A stretch of DNA of 64,000 nt from a virus. The notes under the pieces were generated by a model, which saw only the letters and a list, made by a program, of their open reading frames with translations, was not told where the DNA came from and made no database searches. Below, piece after piece: positions 50,576-60,045 of this stretch (positions are counted from its first letter, which is position 1; every line of letters starts with the position of its first letter). The stretch lies in IMG/VR virus record IMGVR_UViG_3300025118_004802, positions 17,822 to 81,821 of that record; one strand, written 5' to 3'. Position numbers and translations under genes: made by a program.

Positions 50576-50785
50576 TTATCCTACCGTTATTTTATACGCT
50601 GTGTCTGCAGGTCGTAATCTTAAGTTAATGGGGCCCCGGACTCCTAAACGAAATATAGGAGCCGCGGCCTTACTGGCGGGGTTTGCGCCTGCGACAGTCA
50701 ACGGGACATCATCTGGTGTAGTATGTTGCTCGTTCGAACCTGAAATGTTTTCTATAATGAAATCTTGGGTCAGGTTATTCGACAT
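50576..50785 (-). CDS. Hypothetical protein
   Basis: 69 aa, AAGGA RBS. Confidence 0.5.
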   Translation of the reverse strand: MSNNLTQDFIIENISGSNEQHTTPDDVPLTVAGANPASKAAAPIFRLGVRGPINLRLRPADTAYKITVG

Positions 50786-50788
50786 TCC

Positions 50789-51889
50789 TTATTTTACCGC
50801 TTCTCTCCGCAACTTGGAGAACAGTTCTCCTTCATACCACTCCTTATCTGTGTTTTCTTTGATAACCTTCTTAGGTTCCTCAACATCAGGCCTATGGTTG
50901 CGCGCCGGTTCAACTTTCTTTTTCTTCACCTTTGGAGCGGGAGCAGCTTTCTCAGGCGCGGGTGGAGCAGGAGTTGCTTCCTGGCCAGCGCGTTGGGCCT
51001 TTAAAGCTGCAGCACGACGTCGGCGACGACGACGGCCCTCTTTCACCAAGTTAAGGAGTGCTTCGCCAACGACAGCCTCTTCTTCCTCTGCATCTGCATC
51101 GCTAGCGGCCGCAAAATCAGCTTCAGCGTCTTTCTCAGCGGCAGAGACCTTCTTACCTCTGCGCCAATCTCCCTTAAGATAATCTTTTGTAGCAGCAATT
51201 CCTGCGTCGGTCATCCCGGGAGGAGCCGTCTCAATCCCTTGCTCTTCAACAAAACGAGCTACTAGGGAGAGCATCTCCTCGGCCGTTGCGTTCGGGCCTA
51301 GACTATAGCCAGGGGCCTCTTCCTCACTCCCTAGTTCTACTTCTAACTCATCACCGGGGAGCTCATCATCGCGGTTATATGGAGTGTCATTTACATCCAT
51401 ATCTTCGATAATAATTTTTCTAATTGCCTCACGCAATTGCTTTTCATTAACCATGTTCTTAGTTCTCCTTTTAGATTCTTCTAAATGTAATTTCTGGTCT
51501 ACAAAATCTCTAACGCACATGTTGCCTCGTAAATTTGCATCTTCTTCCATATTCCTGAGGTGCGGATCAGTCTGTGCATAATCTTCACCTAATGGTCTGC
51601 TGTTATCAAATTCACCATTACAATTTTGTGCGTGATGCACCAATTCGTGTGAAATGGAGCGCAGCATATCCTTTGGATGGCGTCCGTCAATATACACCAC
51701 AACTTTTACTTCCGCCGGATCATAAAATGCAGTTTTTCCCATCATGCTTTGAGCATTTTGAGAATCGCTGATCAGGTCGATTGTAGGAGGTCTGTTGAAG
51801 CCAATCTGCTTTTGTGCAAAAGGCATAAAGCGCTTCACAACTTCGATAAATTCATCGAGATTACTTTCTGTGTGATTAGTAATATTCAT
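50789..51889 (-). CDS. Zincin-like (HExxH) domain fused to a charged low-complexity region
   Basis: DMLRSISHELVHHAQ...EEDAN; internal MVNEKQLREAIRKIIIE; R7 run. Confidence 0.72.
   Translation of the reverse strand: MNITNHTESNLDEFIEVVKRFMPFAQKQIGFNRPPTIDLISDSQNAQSMMGKTAFYDPAEVKVVVYIDGRHPKDMLRSISHELVHHAQNCNGEFDNSRPLGEDYAQTDPHLRNMEEDANLRGNMCVRDFVDQKLHLEESKRRTKNMVNEKQLREAIRKIIIEDMDVNDTPYNRDDELPGDELEVELGSEEEAPGYSLGPNATAEEMLSLVARFVEEQGIETAPPGMTDAGIAATKDYLKGDWRRGKKVSAAEKDAEADFAAASDADAEEEEAVVGEALLNLVKEGRRRRRRRAAALKAQRAGQEATPAPPAPEKAAPAPKVKKKKVEPARNHRPDVEEPKKVIKENTDKEWYEGELFSKLRREAVK
51421..51471 (-). repeat. Intragenic RBS+ATG+leader cassette, copy A
   Basis: AAAGGAGAACTAAGAACATGGTTAATGAAAAGCAATTGCGTGAGGCAATTA; 44/51 identical to 56955-57005. 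Confidence 0.85.
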
Positions 51890-51927
51890 TGCGGTGAGTC
51901 AAAAATATAAACCCTCACCTTAAATAG

Positions 51928-52923
51928 TTAAATTCGCTCCTTATTCCCAGAAAAATTAATATTTTTCACACCTAAATTTTGAGTTCTGGTGGTTAACCAC
52001 TCCCTCATATCATCTGAGGTCTGGAAATCCTTCTTAACATCATTGTCATACACGCTCCATTGGCCCACTTCCTCTAAAACATCAATTTTGTTGATAACAA
52101 GATCCGTTACTCCATTGATTCGAATGGCTTTCTCTAACAACTGCCAGTTCATCCAGTTGCACTGCCGCGCCCGGCCTGTCGTCGCACCAAATTCCTCACC
52201 TTCAGTCCTAATTTTTTCGAATATAGGATCCTTGGGCTCAAATCTTTTAGCACCCACATATGTTTCATACATTTTAGCTATTCCGTAGATATGCCTGATC
52301 GATTGCGGCGGGACACCATTAAGGAGTGCAGAAGCTGTAGTGCAATGAGAGGAAGTAACATAAGGGTAATCGCCCCAGTCAATATCGAGTCCAAAACCTT
52401 GTGCGCCCTCAAAAAGGATCTTAACTTCTGCTTCATTGTTATGCAATTCCTCGTAAATATCAATTATAAAACTCTGTAACGCATCGATTTCTTCTGCTCT
52501 CTTCCCTTTTCGGCTATATTTGTCACGATAGGCAGGCCCGTTTCCGCGTTTCGTGGTACCGATGGTACGATCGACTCCATCTTCGCGCAAATGATCGCGA
52601 GTGATAACATGCGCATTCTTAGCGATATAGACCAAATCTCGCGCCGGAATTCCAATATCTTCCAAAGTCTTGATTTCCTCAAAAAATTGATGGGGATCGA
52701 CAACGCAACCAGGACCAATAATGGACTTAATGCCAAAAAAAACACCGGCAGGAATATGATGAGTAACAACTTTTCTACCATTGTGGTAGATAGTGTGTCC
52801 TGCATTGCATCCTCCGTTGTATCTGATTACATGCGTATAGTTGTTTGTTTTACATAAATAGTGTGTTACTTTGCCTTTTCCGCAGTCCCCATACTGTAAA
52901 TCTACCACTACGTCTGCAATCAT
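51928..52923 (-). CDS. purA: Adenylosuccinate synthetase (short form)
   Basis: QYGDCGKGK, GGCNAGHT, IGTTKRGNGPAY, EGAQG, GDYPYVTSS, EFGATTGRAR. Confidence 0.95.
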   Translation of the reverse strand: MIADVVVDLQYGDCGKGKVTHYLCKTNNYTHVIRYNGGCNAGHTIYHNGRKVVTHHIPAGVFFGIKSIIGPGCVVDPHQFFEEIKTLEDIGIPARDLVYIAKNAHVITRDHLREDGVDRTIGTTKRGNGPAYRDKYSRKGKRAEEIDALQSFIIDIYEELHNNEAEVKILFEGAQGFGLDIDWGDYPYVTSSHCTTASALLNGVPPQSIRHIYGIAKMYETYVGAKRFEPKDPIFEKIRTEGEEFGATTGRARQCNWMNWQLLEKAIRINGVTDLVINKIDVLEEVGQWSVYDNDVKKDFQTSDDMREWLTTRTQNLGVKNINFSGNKERI

Positions 52924-52994
52924 GCCAACTCCTCAGTTTATATCTTATTATGACACAAAATTGAAGCAGATTAAACGTTAAAAAGCGTTTTTAT

Positions 52995-53855
52995 CTACGC
53001 ATCCCAGCCGTCAGGAACATTTCCTGGAATATACTGTGTTGGGACCGTTTTATCGCTCAAACCCATCATTTTATCGTATGACATCGTATAATACTCGTGT
53101 AAAGTGTCTAAATATTGGCTATTTCTCAAATATTTGAATGCAAGGTTCTCTGTGGAGAATATTCCGTTTTTTTCAAGTCCGGAGCGTCTCATATTGCGAA
53201 TTTTGCGTTTTATGCGCCCTGCAAAGTCAAAAGCTTGATTATAAAGGCGATCATTGTATAAATCCTGCACTTTATCGATATGTTCCACTAAACGAGTCAC
53301 TTTTTCTTCAATTGGGCCTAAAGATACGTTTGGTTTGTCCAAAGTCGGCTCAACAAGCCATCGATCACTCAAAATTGAGTAAATTCCGGTTGCAATGTGC
53401 TTTTCATCCTTATCTTGCATGTAAATCTCCACTTCGTGGTCGAAAATCATGATTTCATGGGTCAAATTCCAATTAGTTTGCCTTTGTCGAAGCAAATCCT
53501 TCACCAAACCGATATCATGGTCCAAATCACGCAAATTTATGATCACATGGATATCAATATCCGAATATTTTGTCCAATTATAGTTTGCAATGGAACCCGT
53601 GATGATAATATCGACTATTTCAATGTCCAACTCGACATCTTCCATAAAATCGCCTACAATTCGGAGCAATTTCTCTTTAACCGAGGGGTTGAGGCGTTGA
53701 TTGGGTGACCAAATCTTCGATTCTAGGTGATCGTGGACATCGAAGGTTGTAATGGAGATAGGATCGGGTTCATGAGGGTCAAATATGTTCTTATACTCAA
53801 ATAAAGACTCTTTTTTCAGATGTTCCTTCCATCTTTTATTGAAATTGATACTCAT
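52995..53855 (-). CDS. Pol-beta superfamily nucleotidyltransferase
   Basis: IIITGSIANYNWTKYSDIDIH...EVEIY. Confidence 0.85.
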   Translation of the reverse strand: MSINFNKRWKEHLKKESLFEYKNIFDPHEPDPISITTFDVHDHLESKIWSPNQRLNPSVKEKLLRIVGDFMEDVELDIEIVDIIITGSIANYNWTKYSDIDIHVIINLRDLDHDIGLVKDLLRQRQTNWNLTHEIMIFDHEVEIYMQDKDEKHIATGIYSILSDRWLVEPTLDKPNVSLGPIEEKVTRLVEHIDKVQDLYNDRLYNQAFDFAGRIKRKIRNMRRSGLEKNGIFSTENLAFKYLRNSQYLDTLHEYYTMSYDKMMGLSDKTVPTQYIPGNVPDGWDA

Positions 53856-53865
53856 TTTAACACCT

Positions 53866-55596
53866 CTAAAGACCTAGGGCCTTTTTTGCCTCCTCAAAAT
53901 CGTAGATGGGAAGAGATTGACCTAGACTAGTCACTAACTGATCCATTGACTCAGCTTCATCCACTGCTGTCATCAGTCTTTCTTTAAATTCATCCTGCGT
54001 TTTATACTCACCGCTTTTTAAACGCGCCCGGTGTCTTGCAATTAGGTCCTTAAGCGGAGGGGCAGGACAATAGACAAACAAAATCGTCTTTTCGAGGTCA
54101 GTAACCACATCATTGAGGTGCTGTAAGCTACTGATATCTGTCAATAACACAGCTTTTTGGCTCTCTTCAATGGTTTCAACCGGTGTTCCATACCAGTTAT
54201 TGTTGTACTGGTTGACATTAACAAGGTTACCGTCCTGAAGTTGTCGTAAAAAATCATCCAGGGACCTAAAGTCATATTCAATATCCTGGTCAGACCCGCC
54301 TCGGCGCCCACGAGTCGTGAATGATTTAATCTCGTCGAAGCCCATATTTTTAAAAGCTTTCTTCATTTGTGACTTGCCACACCCCGAGGGGCCGAATATC
54401 GCTACCAAAACCGAATCACCTACCTTGTCTCCGGAAGCCTCAGCTAGCCCTGGAGGAGCACTGGGTCCTTTGTGCGCGCTTCTTTTTTGTATACCAGTCT
54501 CGCGATGGCGGTTGCCTCCCATGTCCCCGATCTTCAGCGCCTTTGCCCATGTTTGTGCGTATTTCCTTTGAATCTCGCCCTCTCGTGCTGCTTCCTTGAT
54601 ACGCCCCACCCGGAGACCCTGAGGGGTATGCGTTATCTTTTTAAGGATAAATTTAATATCTGGATATTCAGTGTCGTTCAGTTTCTGCACGGCCGCTAAG
54701 TTCAACACGGAATCATCAAAAAATAACACCTCTCTAACGGATGGGTTTGTTCGTAAAATATCCCGGATTTTACTAACCTTTCGTTCCTCGGCTGGCACTA
54801 ATCGCTCTTTCTTCTCCAGATCACTTAGTTGTTCGCCTGGTTCCAAAATCTTATCACCAACTCCCACTATGTCAATATACTTGGAGTCTATACCAATATC
54901 GCTCAAAAACTCCTCAATACCTTCGGCTGCCTCTTGTTGGCGCGCCGTCAAAACCATAATAATCCGCTGAGGATCTTGCTCCTCGGCGCTAACTACGTTT
55001 TTTAAGATGTTTGTAATATCTTCAATTTCTTCTGGGTCGGTTACTGTTGTGAACTCCTCAAAATCTAGGTAGTATTCCCCTTTAACGTCATCAGCCAGTT
55101 TGCTATATTCCTCTAGTTCTGCTTGAGACGTAATAGTTTTAATAATTTCATCAGTGCGTTTATCGCGCACATGTGCGGCTTCTTTGGTGATCGCTAGGGT
55201 ATCATCAAAATCAAATATTCTGAGTTTTGTGACTTTTGGTTCGTCATCTTTATTGACAATCCGCAATTGGACATCGTAATTATAGGTGAAGTCTAGCTCT
55301 TCGGCTTGATTGGAAAAAGCCCATTTTTCGACGTCCTCATTAGATATCCCAGCCACCTCTACCTGAATGTCGATGTCGGGGGCCATATCGGGCATTTCTC
55401 CGTGCTTCGCCAGACTTTGCAATGCATATCCATGATCATCTAAAGCGGATGAACCGATGACTCTCATAAATCGGATATCAGCGTGAGGGAGCACTGTTAA
55501 AATAGCTTTTTTGACAATCTTTTCGTCCATATCAACAGATTTGTTACTTTCGTTTAAAAAAGTCCGCCATCCGGTGAATAGAGCTTTATTGTTCAT
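53866..55596 (-). CDS. Three-domain fusion: minimal nucleotidyltransferase-like + HAD phosphatase + guanylate kinase-like
   Basis: VIGSS...DIDIQV; IFDFDDTL, LTAR, K, FFDDS; GPSGCGKS, TTRGRRG, YDF, YNNNWYGT. Confidence 0.8.
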   Translation of the reverse strand: MNNKALFTGWRTFLNESNKSVDMDEKIVKKAILTVLPHADIRFMRVIGSSALDDHGYALQSLAKHGEMPDMAPDIDIQVEVAGISNEDVEKWAFSNQAEELDFTYNYDVQLRIVNKDDEPKVTKLRIFDFDDTLAITKEAAHVRDKRTDEIIKTITSQAELEEYSKLADDVKGEYYLDFEEFTTVTDPEEIEDITNILKNVVSAEEQDPQRIIMVLTARQQEAAEGIEEFLSDIGIDSKYIDIVGVGDKILEPGEQLSDLEKKERLVPAEERKVSKIRDILRTNPSVREVLFFDDSVLNLAAVQKLNDTEYPDIKFILKKITHTPQGLRVGRIKEAAREGEIQRKYAQTWAKALKIGDMGGNRHRETGIQKRSAHKGPSAPPGLAEASGDKVGDSVLVAIFGPSGCGKSQMKKAFKNMGFDEIKSFTTRGRRGGSDQDIEYDFRSLDDFLRQLQDGNLVNVNQYNNNWYGTPVETIEESQKAVLLTDISSLQHLNDVVTDLEKTILFVYCPAPPLKDLIARHRARLKSGEYKTQDEFKERLMTAVDEAESMDQLVTSLGQSLPIYDFEEAKKALGL

Positions 55597-55666
55597 GATA
55601 ATAATTAGTTACGAATTACTTAAACTTCTCTTTCTTAGTTTAACACATAAGAAATATGAATTTTAG

Positions 55667-55858
55667 CTACTTGGCCTTCTTGTGGGTGCGAACTTTTCTT
55701 TGGGCGCGCCGTTCAGACGCGTCCTGACGTTCTTCGAGACTATCTACCTGCTCTTCGATATTGTTTAAGCGGAGAGTAGTGGTATATACAAACCCACTAA
55801 GCATAGCTAGGATACCACCTAGAGTAACGAGTGTTTTAAGATCGAGAGTTATCTTCAT
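55667..55858 (-). CDS. Small single-TM coiled-coil protein
   Basis: LVTLGGILAMLSGFVY then heptads; start moved to ATG 55858. Confidence 0.55.
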   Translation of the reverse strand: MKITLDLKTLVTLGGILAMLSGFVYTTTLRLNNIEEQVDSLEERQDASERRAQRKVRTHKKAK

Positions 55859-56021
55859 CTTTTTTCCTCTTGGACCTCTCTTCAACCATCTTGTCGATGA
55901 TCTTTTGTCTCACCTCTTTTTTGTGTTCCTCTTCTAGGCGCGGTTTCATTTCTTTGAAATTACGCCAAGCGTCTTGGAAAGAAAGGCGTTGTTTATCCAT
56001 TTCAACACAAATGAGGCACAT
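55836..56021 (-). CDS. Small MCxxC protein
   Basis: MCLICVE...EEH. Confidence 0.55.
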   Translation of the reverse strand: MCLICVEMDKQRLSFQDAWRNFKEMKPRLEEEHKKEVRQKIIDKMVEERSKRKKDEDNSRS

Positions 56022-56031
56022 AGATTAGAAC

Positions 56032-58119
56032 CTAACGTCGTTTTATCCTATAACGCTTTGCAGGTACTCCGCAAGCTTCCTCTAGAAGATCTTTCCTGAG
56101 ACTCTCAGCTGTCACGCCCGTGGCCCCGGGGCTTCCGGGGAGCTTAGCGACGGCGGGGGCGGCCTTCTTGCGCTTAGCGAACTCTCGTTGCCGGTCGCGC
56201 GCCTGCATCTCTGCACTGAACGCGGCCTTGTCAGCCGCTTTCGCATCATCTTCGGCGTTGAGTGTGGTGGCTAACTGCGCCAGGTCGTCGGCATCTTGGC
56301 TGGCGACGACCTCGTCGGCGCCGACGTCCACCGCCCGGTTGAGCGCTTTAGCAGTATTCGAACCGACAACACCGTCGGCTTTGAGTGGTTTGCCGTTTGG
56401 TTTTTTCTGGGTTTTTTGAAAAGCTATAAGAGCTCTAAGTGTACTCGGTCCGTTTTTGCCATCTACAAACTTCTCCGGGTCGTCGCCACCGAACCCGAGG
56501 CCGAAAAGCAATTCTTGTAATCCCTCGACGCCAAAGACCGACTTCTTAGCTTTTCTGCCGGCGAAGCGCACTCCTCGTGCACGTCGCCTTTTCTTCCGCG
56601 TTTTGGGGGGCTCCACCATTGCATGTGCGATATCGTCCTTCGGTTTAAACGGCACAAACGGGCTGTCGTCGTCGGCCAAGGAGTGTGAGCCTCCACGGAA
56701 TGCTGAGGCTAACTTGTCATGGCTCTTTTTTAAATCAACAGTATCTCCCCCGGTTGGCGAACGGGGGCGGAACTTCTTCTCTTTGGCACGCCCTCCCTTG
56801 TCGACTGCGGCCTCGATCTCGGCACTAGTCTCCTCTTCGTCCTCGTCATCGTCCTCCCAGAAGTACTTAACCTTCTCGTTTATCTTCCCTTGGGCCTTGT
56901 GCTGGGTCTTATACAGTTCCAGAAGATCTAGATCTGCCTCCGCGATAGCCTCTTTAATTAGCTCACGCAATTGCTCTTGATTAACCATTTTCTTGTTTCT
57001 CCTTTGTAAAGTTCCTTCTGCTATATCCCAGTCCATATCACGATACTTCTTCTCCTTCTCCAATCTCGCGGCGAAGGCGGCCTGCTTCTCAGCCGCCGCA
57101 GCCTCATCGTCCGGTATAAAACGATCATCACCAAGGACTTGCCACGATTTGTACCCTGCGCTTCCCGGCGGGAAAGCCCTGTCCTGCATTCTCTTCTGTA
57201 CCTTAGGATCCACACCACCCACTGGTAGGCGGCCTACTTCAGGATCCGGCTGCCTGGCTAGCCAAGCCTCCCACGTCTTCATCGCCTCGTCCTCGGCGTC
57301 CCAGGGGAGATCGGCGCGTTGCGCCGCTGTGGAAGGGGCGCCCCTAGGCGCCCGGGCCTTAGCCGCCCACTGTGCGATCGCCACGTCGTCGCGCTCATCT
57401 TGCGCCACGGCGCCCCCTTCGGCGGCGTCGAGTAAAGCCGGCGCCGAGTTCTTACCGACGACACCGTCGACTTGAAGCGGCTCGCCATTTGGTTTTTTAT
57501 GGGTTTTTTGGAAAGCTCTAAGGGCTTTAAGTGTGTTAGGACCGTTTATACCATCTACAAACTTCTTCTCATTCTTGCCGCCAAACCCGAGGGCGAAAAG
57601 TAATTGTTGCAAGACCTTAATGCCTCCTCCGCGCAGTGCTTTCGTGCCAGCACCAGTAAATCGTACGCCTGCGCGGCGTCTGCGCCTCTTCACCTTCTTC
57701 TTCTTTTTGGCGGGGCTAACATCACCTCCCGATCCGGGCCCGGAGTCCGACGACCGGGCGGCGGAGAAGGGGATAAACTCTTCGGGATCCCTGGTGGGCC
57801 CAGTGTGTGTGTATAGACCCTTCAGATCCTTGAGCACCTCGTCTGCATCTGCGGGGCCGTAGCGTTGCGCATAATAACGTAATATTCCGTCCTTGACATC
57901 GCCAGAAGGTTCTTGCCAGTCCCCGGTCCACGCACCGGGGTCCATATACTGCTCTTCCACATATTCGGTACTAAAAGAACTCTCTGTACCTTCGGGAGTC
58001 ACCCAGACGAATTTAAAATCGCCTGAGCTTCCTTTGCCTTTGTTTCTATAAAAACCTTCTTTGGCAGCCTCTTGCAGCATATTTTCTCTAAATAGCTTAA
58101 CAGTTTTTTCAGCGCTCAT
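56032..58119 (-). CDS. Protein with two duplicated peptidoglycan-binding (PG_binding_1) modules
   Basis: LQ.LL..LGF...VDG.NGP.TL.AL.AFQK...DGVVG twice, each after a poly-basic run and GVRF. Confidence 0.8.
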   Translation of the reverse strand: MSAEKTVKLFRENMLQEAAKEGFYRNKGKGSSGDFKFVWVTPEGTESSFSTEYVEEQYMDPGAWTGDWQEPSGDVKDGILRYYAQRYGPADADEVLKDLKGLYTHTGPTRDPEEFIPFSAARSSDSGPGSGGDVSPAKKKKKVKRRRRRAGVRFTGAGTKALRGGGIKVLQQLLFALGFGGKNEKKFVDGINGPNTLKALRAFQKTHKKPNGEPLQVDGVVGKNSAPALLDAAEGGAVAQDERDDVAIAQWAAKARAPRGAPSTAAQRADLPWDAEDEAMKTWEAWLARQPDPEVGRLPVGGVDPKVQKRMQDRAFPPGSAGYKSWQVLGDDRFIPDDEAAAAEKQAAFAARLEKEKKYRDMDWDIAEGTLQRRNKKMVNQEQLRELIKEAIAEADLDLLELYKTQHKAQGKINEKVKYFWEDDDEDEEETSAEIEAAVDKGGRAKEKKFRPRSPTGGDTVDLKKSHDKLASAFRGGSHSLADDDSPFVPFKPKDDIAHAMVEPPKTRKKRRRARGVRFAGRKAKKSVFGVEGLQELLFGLGFGGDDPEKFVDGKNGPSTLRALIAFQKTQKKPNGKPLKADGVVGSNTAKALNRAVDVGADEVVASQDADDLAQLATTLNAEDDAKAADKAAFSAEMQARDRQREFAKRKKAAPAVAKLPGSPGATGVTAESLRKDLLEEACGVPAKRYRIKRR
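56955..57005 (-). repeat. Intragenic RBS+ATG+leader cassette, copy B
   Basis: AAAGGAGAAACAAGAAAATGGTTAATCAAGAGCAATTGCGTGAGCTAATTA. Confidence 0.85.
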
Positions 58120-58202
58120 TTATCTGTTTTCCCCTTCTCGACTTTTATATAACGGCATTAACATAAATAGTATCTAAAATTCTAAAATAGCAAACTATTC
58201 TA

Positions 58203-59057
58203 CTACACTGTTTTGTATCGATCGATTATCTTGTTCCACCGTCGTAATCGCTTAGACCAGGGAACACTCCCCGACCACCCACTCATCCAATCCGGGTCAC
58301 CCTTGGCACGCCGCTTCGCAACCGCGGGAACAGCCCAAAAAATTCTCATGGCCTCGTCAGGATTGCCAAACGGGTCCTTACGGTGGCGTTTCCACCCTCT
58401 AGCCAATTCGGCAACAGCCAATTCGATTTGCGATTCAGGGTTAAGAAGCAATTCAATTATTTCTTCATCAGTCAAGCCCAGCTTCATCACTCTGTTAGCA
58501 ACATATCTTCCTCGGTTAAGCTGTATACCCATTGGGTAAAATGTTTGACCATCACGAGAACCGGTGGGTCTTAACGCTTTAACTCCAGACTCAGCTTGAG
58601 CCGTTGCCAGCGCAATATGAGGAGGTAGGTTATGCCGGGCCGCTGCCGCCGCAATCATACCTTTAAGATCTGATTTCGGATAATCTGTGAGTTTGGCTGC
58701 TCGGTCTTCTTTCTCACACGGCGCAGAAAGCTCCAGAGTATTGTCTAGAAGATTGGTCTCTGTTTCTGTTCCTACTATACCGTCACAAAGGTCACAGCCG
58801 CCCTTGCAACTATAGGGGTGAGCCTCCCAATGTGTCTGTTGAAACTTTCTAATGGCGTCCTTAAGTTCGGGCGTACATTTATCCGAGGGCTCTCCATCAA
58901 ATGCATCGATAAGTCCTTTGTCGGCTAAAATTTGATTAAGTTGAGCTACGTCTGTTATTTCCTTGGCTGCTCTTCGTCCAGTGCTGGCTAAACAACGTTC
59001 CAATAACACTATTAGTGTCTCTTGCTCTACAGTTTCAATCGTTAATTTTGTCTTCAT
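58203..59057 (-). CDS. Peptidoglycan-binding domain + SLT-like lytic transglycosylase
   Basis: AIRKFQQTH...DGIVGTET; IAAAAARHNLPPHIALATAQAESG; MGIQ; LLNPESQI. Confidence 0.75.
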   Translation of the reverse strand: MKTKLTIETVEQETLIVLLERCLASTGRRAAKEITDVAQLNQILADKGLIDAFDGEPSDKCTPELKDAIRKFQQTHWEAHPYSCKGGCDLCDGIVGTETETNLLDNTLELSAPCEKEDRAAKLTDYPKSDLKGMIAAAAARHNLPPHIALATAQAESGVKALRPTGSRDGQTFYPMGIQLNRGRYVANRVMKLGLTDEEIIELLLNPESQIELAVAELARGWKRHRKDPFGNPDEAMRIFWAVPAVAKRRAKGDPDWMSGWSGSVPWSKRLRRWNKIIDRYKTV

Positions 59058-59336
59058 TTAGATTTCCTCACACTTCTCACAATCGTCATAACAACGGCGC
59101 CAACAATCTTTTCGCATTCCCTCTTTCACTTTTTCAGAGGCCTCCTGATGGCATTTTTTGTAGCGCTGAACGTCCCCATTCTTTTTAATGCACCGACATT
59201 TTGCATAAGAACTAAACTTGCTACAATCTTGAACTGTTGTGCAACTCGTGGTACAGGTGGCAATACTGAGTAGGAATATTACAAATACCAGGAACTGTTG
59301 TACGCTAGCGAACATATTGGTGAGAAAAGACATCAC
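59058..59336 (-). CDS. Cys-rich membrane/lipoprotein
   Basis: Hydrophobic N-terminus then 10 Cys. Confidence 0.55.
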   Translation of the reverse strand: MMSFLTNMFASVQQFLVFVIFLLSIATCTTSCTTVQDCSKFSSYAKCRCIKKNGDVQRYKKCHQEASEKVKEGMRKDCWRRCYDDCEKCEEI

Positions 59337-59385
59337 TACAATATATAAATAGTGTCTAACTAGACTAAGTGGATCTCACAACACG

Positions 59386-59763
59386 TTATTTTTGAGGTTT
59401 CTCTAAAATACGATGACTTACTGCTTCACTGTAGACAAACCAAAAACACTGACGGCCTAGTTCTTTAATATGTACGTTCTGCATGGTAATCTCCCACAGA
59501 CCTAAAGCACTAGTACGAGCGCGAATATATAAATCCCCTTTATAGCGGTTAGCGTGCTTCTTTTTTTCGTGTGCAGGTAGATCAAAGCTTGTAACCAGAA
59601 GACCTTCTGTCCTTTTGCCCTGCTGATCATAATTATATAAAATTTGGTGCACGTCTATATCTGTACCCCCCCAGTTTACCAATTCAATATTTTTTTTTGT
59701 TATGTATGTCATGTGGCGAGGATGAGGCACCATTACTCCGAAGTAGTCATACATTGACATCAA
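59386..59763 (-). CDS. Hypothetical protein
   Basis: 125 aa, overlaps the upstream stop. Confidence 0.5.
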   Translation of the reverse strand: MMSMYDYFGVMVPHPRHMTYITKKNIELVNWGGTDIDVHQILYNYDQQGKRTEGLLVTSFDLPAHEKKKHANRYKGDLYIRARTSALGLWEITMQNVHIKELGRQCFWFVYSEAVSHRILEKPQK

Positions 59764-60044
59764 TTTATGTCTTCTTTGTTATCATCGTCGTATAACCCAA
59801 TCAATTTCCAGTTGATATCTAAATAATCAACCCACTCATCGTTGCTCATGGTGTCGGGACGTACGAGATAGTGTATCTGTTTTGATAGCCAATGGTTCTT
59901 TCCGGAGCGCACAAAAGTAGTATACAAAAACTCCAGGGCGACGGCTCTAGATTCGATTTCATAATCGGTATAACCACCCGATCGCATCGATCTGATCAGT
60001 CGCTTTCGTAGCTTATCAACAGGATCGTCATTATCATCAGACAT
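59760..60044 (-). CDS. Hypothetical protein
   Basis: 94 aa, operon spacing. Confidence 0.55.
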   Translation of the reverse strand: MSDDNDDPVDKLRKRLIRSMRSGGYTDYEIESRAVALEFLYTTFVRSGKNHWLSKQIHYLVRPDTMSNDEWVDYLDINWKLIGLYDDDNKEDIN

Positions 60045-60045
60045 C

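Noticed and set aside
21748-52923. Cellular chromosome interpretation (nadE, purA, clpP, ssrA, wecB, phoH)
   Set aside because: These genes are interleaved with baseplate genes, a gp55-like sigma and orphan ORFs on one strand, without normal bacterial operon context
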